NCBI GenBank assembly: GCA_002269645.1
Contig: NIVC01002564.1
Span: 62,001-126,000 of the forward strand
Direction of reading: 5' to 3'
From: Macrostomum lignano
Taxonomy: Eukaryota
DNA length: 64,000 bases
Below, one piece after another: positions 45,580 through 64,000 of this stretch. The notes beneath the pieces are model-generated. The model saw nothing but the letters and a program-made list of their open reading frames with translations, was not told where the DNA came from and ran no database searches. Each line of letters begins with the position of its first letter. Within the stretch, counting starts at the first letter, position 1. The translations under genes were made by a program, and so were the position numbers.

Positions 45580-46200
45580 ATGCTGTGAATAAACTGGTTT
45601 ATCTACTATGAATAAACTGGTTTATCTGCTATGAATAAACTGATTCGTCTGCTATGAACAAACTGGTTTATCCGATATGAATAAACTGGTTTATCTACTG
45701 TGAATAAACTGGTTTATCCGAAGTGAATAAACTGGTTTATCCGAAGTGAATAAACTGGTTTATCCGAAGTGAATAAACTGGTTTATCTACTGTGAATAAA
45801 CTGGTTTATCTACTATGAATAAACTGGTTTATCTACTATGAATAAACTGGTTTATCCGCTGTGAATAAACTGATTCGTCTGCTATGAACAAACTGGTTTA
45901 TCCGAAGTGAATAAACTGGTTTATCTACTGTGAATAAACTGGTTTATCTACTATGAATAAACTGGTTTATCCGAAGTGAATAAACTGGTTTATCTGCTGT
46001 GAATAAACAGGTTTATCCGATGTGAATAAACTGGTTTATCCGAAGTGAATAAACTGGTTTATCTGCTATGAATAAACTGGTTTATCCGATGTTAATAAAC
46101 TGGTTTATCCGCTATGAATAAACTGGTTTATCTACTATGAATAAACTGGTTTATCCGATGTCAATAAACTGGTTTATCCCATGCGAATAAACGGGTTTCA
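45580..46200. repeat. 23-bp minisatellite with palindromic core (TGAATAAACTGGTTTATCCGAAG)n
   Basis: Period 23; ATAAAC-TG-GTTTAT is an inverted repeat within each unit. Confidence 0.95.
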
Positions 46201-46964
46201 AAAAGCCTTCGCGCTCCAAATTCTTGTAAAAGATCTCCTTGAGATGAGAAGACACAAATCCTGAGAAATATGGACAGGTTGAAGGCAGAAGGACACTGCG
46301 ATGGGACAGACAGTAAGTAGTAAAGAGGAAAGGGGAGAAGGGACGCAAAAAACACACTGCAGGCTTGATTTCCCGCTCAATCGTCTTCCCCTTTTCTCTT
46401 TCGGTCCCCCAAAACCGCTCCCGAGATTCCCAATTATTCTCCCATCTCTTCCCCAGCCATCCCGTATGCGCCTCTGTCGTATTCGCCTTCATGATCTCTC
46501 CCTCTTCCCTCTGCATCCCCAAGCGCCCGGGACCCCCCCCCCCCGGCCACAAAGACTGGCTGGCTAGGCGGCAACTTTGACTCGGCAATCTCATTAATCC
46601 CTAAGCCGATTATGTCGAGCCTCCTCTCTCTCCTTCTCTCTGCCTCATTCTTCCTCTTTCTGTCTGTCTGTCAGACCTCAAAGTGGCTTTGGAGAGAAAT
46701 TGAGACACAAAAAGCGCGGATGAAGTTATAGGTGGAAGATTTAAATCCGCGCGATTGCATCTGATGCTCTCCTACACTCCCTTAATCTGATCCGGTTTCA
46801 CTCATTTTTTTGTTATAAATCCCGACTTCTGCGCTGTTCGTTCCTGGGAGAAAGCGGTTGCTTTTTTTACCGGAAGCTTTGCGCTGCGACTGATTTGTGT
46901 GTTTGCATTGCTGAGACCGGCTGACCGGCGAGCTGATGCTCCCCTCTCCAACACCGGCTGCCCT

Positions 46965-47250
46965 TCCCGGCTGTCCCTCTCCCTCTCTGCCTCTCCCTCT
47001 CTGCCTCTCCCTCTCCCTCTCTGCCTCTCCCTCTCTGCTTCTCCCTCTCTGCCTCTCCCTCTCTGCCTCTCCCTCTCTGCCTCTCCCTCTATGCCTCTCC
47101 TCTCCCTCTCTACCTCTCCCTCTCCCTCTCTACCTCTCCCTCTCCCTCTCTACCTCTCCCTCTCCCTCTCTACCTCTCCCTCTCCCTCTCTACCTCTCCC
47201 TCTCCCTCTCTACCTCTCCCTCTCCCTCTCTCTCGATCTCTCTCTCCTTT
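46965..47250. repeat. Pyrimidine-rich (CTCTCC/CTCTCTGC) tract
   Basis: Direct reading. Confidence 0.9.
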
Positions 47251-47837
47251 GCTTCTCTCCTACTTTCTCAATCTCATTCGCAATTTCATAAAGAAATTAT
47301 GCAAAGCAATCGAGAACTTTTTCTCAAGCTAAAAACTTTCGACAAATGGCAGTTGTAGTTGATTATTGGTTTTGACATTGATTTTTTTTCCAGTGTATTA
47401 TAGTGCAGATATTTTACGGTAATTTCCGAGTAAATATGTGTATGCGAGTGGGAGGTCAACAACGTATAAAGCTGAAAATGAATAACAAATTTATTTACCT
47501 ATAGCGTAGGTAGAGACGCATGTAGATTGCATACAATATTAGAACAACAATTAAAAAGTCTATTATTAGAATTATTGTGAACAATATTTTATCGCTCATA
47601 GAAGGGGTTATGGTTAGTTTGATAAAAGTATTTGCAGGGAATATGCCTTAAATTAAACAATGCCAACTTACGTACAATACGCAGGACGAAAGTAATTTGT
47701 AATGTTTTTTTTCAAACTCACCCACCAAAAAACAATAGAATTACACAGCTACGAGCGTATGCAAGGGTGAAAATTACAAGTTTAATATTTTACTCAAATA
47801 ATTCAGTAACTCTTAATGCAGTTTTAGTGTTAGCAAA

Positions 47838-63851
<16,014 letters not shown>

Positions 63852-64000
63852 GATGGTTTCTTCCGGTGTTGCTGTCCAAAAAGTAAAATCGAAATTTTTC
63901 ACCAAGGAATTCTATGTATATATAGAGGCTTGAGGTCTGACTGCGCTGCTCTCCAAAAGCAACTTAATACTGCTCAGAATGCCTTGAGCAGCGGTTGACA

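Noticed and set aside
45580-46200. Palindromic repeats with short variable linkers resembling a CRISPR array
   Set aside because: Linkers are 5-6 nt and recur, there are no unique spacers or cas genes, and the context is eukaryotic.

Overview
Eukaryotic, intron-rich metazoan DNA. GC-rich poly-Ala/Gln/Ser exons and satellite-filled introns suggest a flatworm such as Macrostomum (inference only). Most long ORFs in the supplied track are repeat artefacts. I assembled five spliced genes by hand with consistent GT-AG phases. (1) AKAP10/D-AKAP2 (-, 7 exons, 11786-2208). (2) A KDM5/lid-like gene (-, 8 exons, 23875-12587) whose JmjC has lost all three Fe-binding residues and which lacks ARID, PHD1 and apparently the C5HC2 finger, but keeps PLU-1, PHD2 and an H3K4me3-type PHD3. 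(3) A TSPAN13/31-like tetraspanin (+, 2 exons). (4) A TauD/clavaminate-synthase-like (DdaC/SyrP-type) Fe(II)/2OG dioxygenase (+, 4 exons). (5) The nuclear receptor NR2E3/PNR/Hr51 (-, 6 exons, 63851-47838). KDM5-like and AKAP10 are arranged like a trans-spliced operon. Mobile DNA comprises a D,D34D mariner with TIRs and TA TSD, a hAT-type MITE with 8-bp TSD, a tRNA-derived SINE with 14-bp TSD nested in a long inverted-repeat element, an internally deleted Tc1/IS630-like element, a Crypton-like tyrosine-recombinase relic and a decayed APE-RT LINE. About 30 micro/minisatellite arrays fill most long introns. Two complementary 23-mer arrays flank the two NR2E3 DNA-binding-domain exons, which together can be skipped in frame. 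All homology calls come from remembered family motifs; no searches were run.
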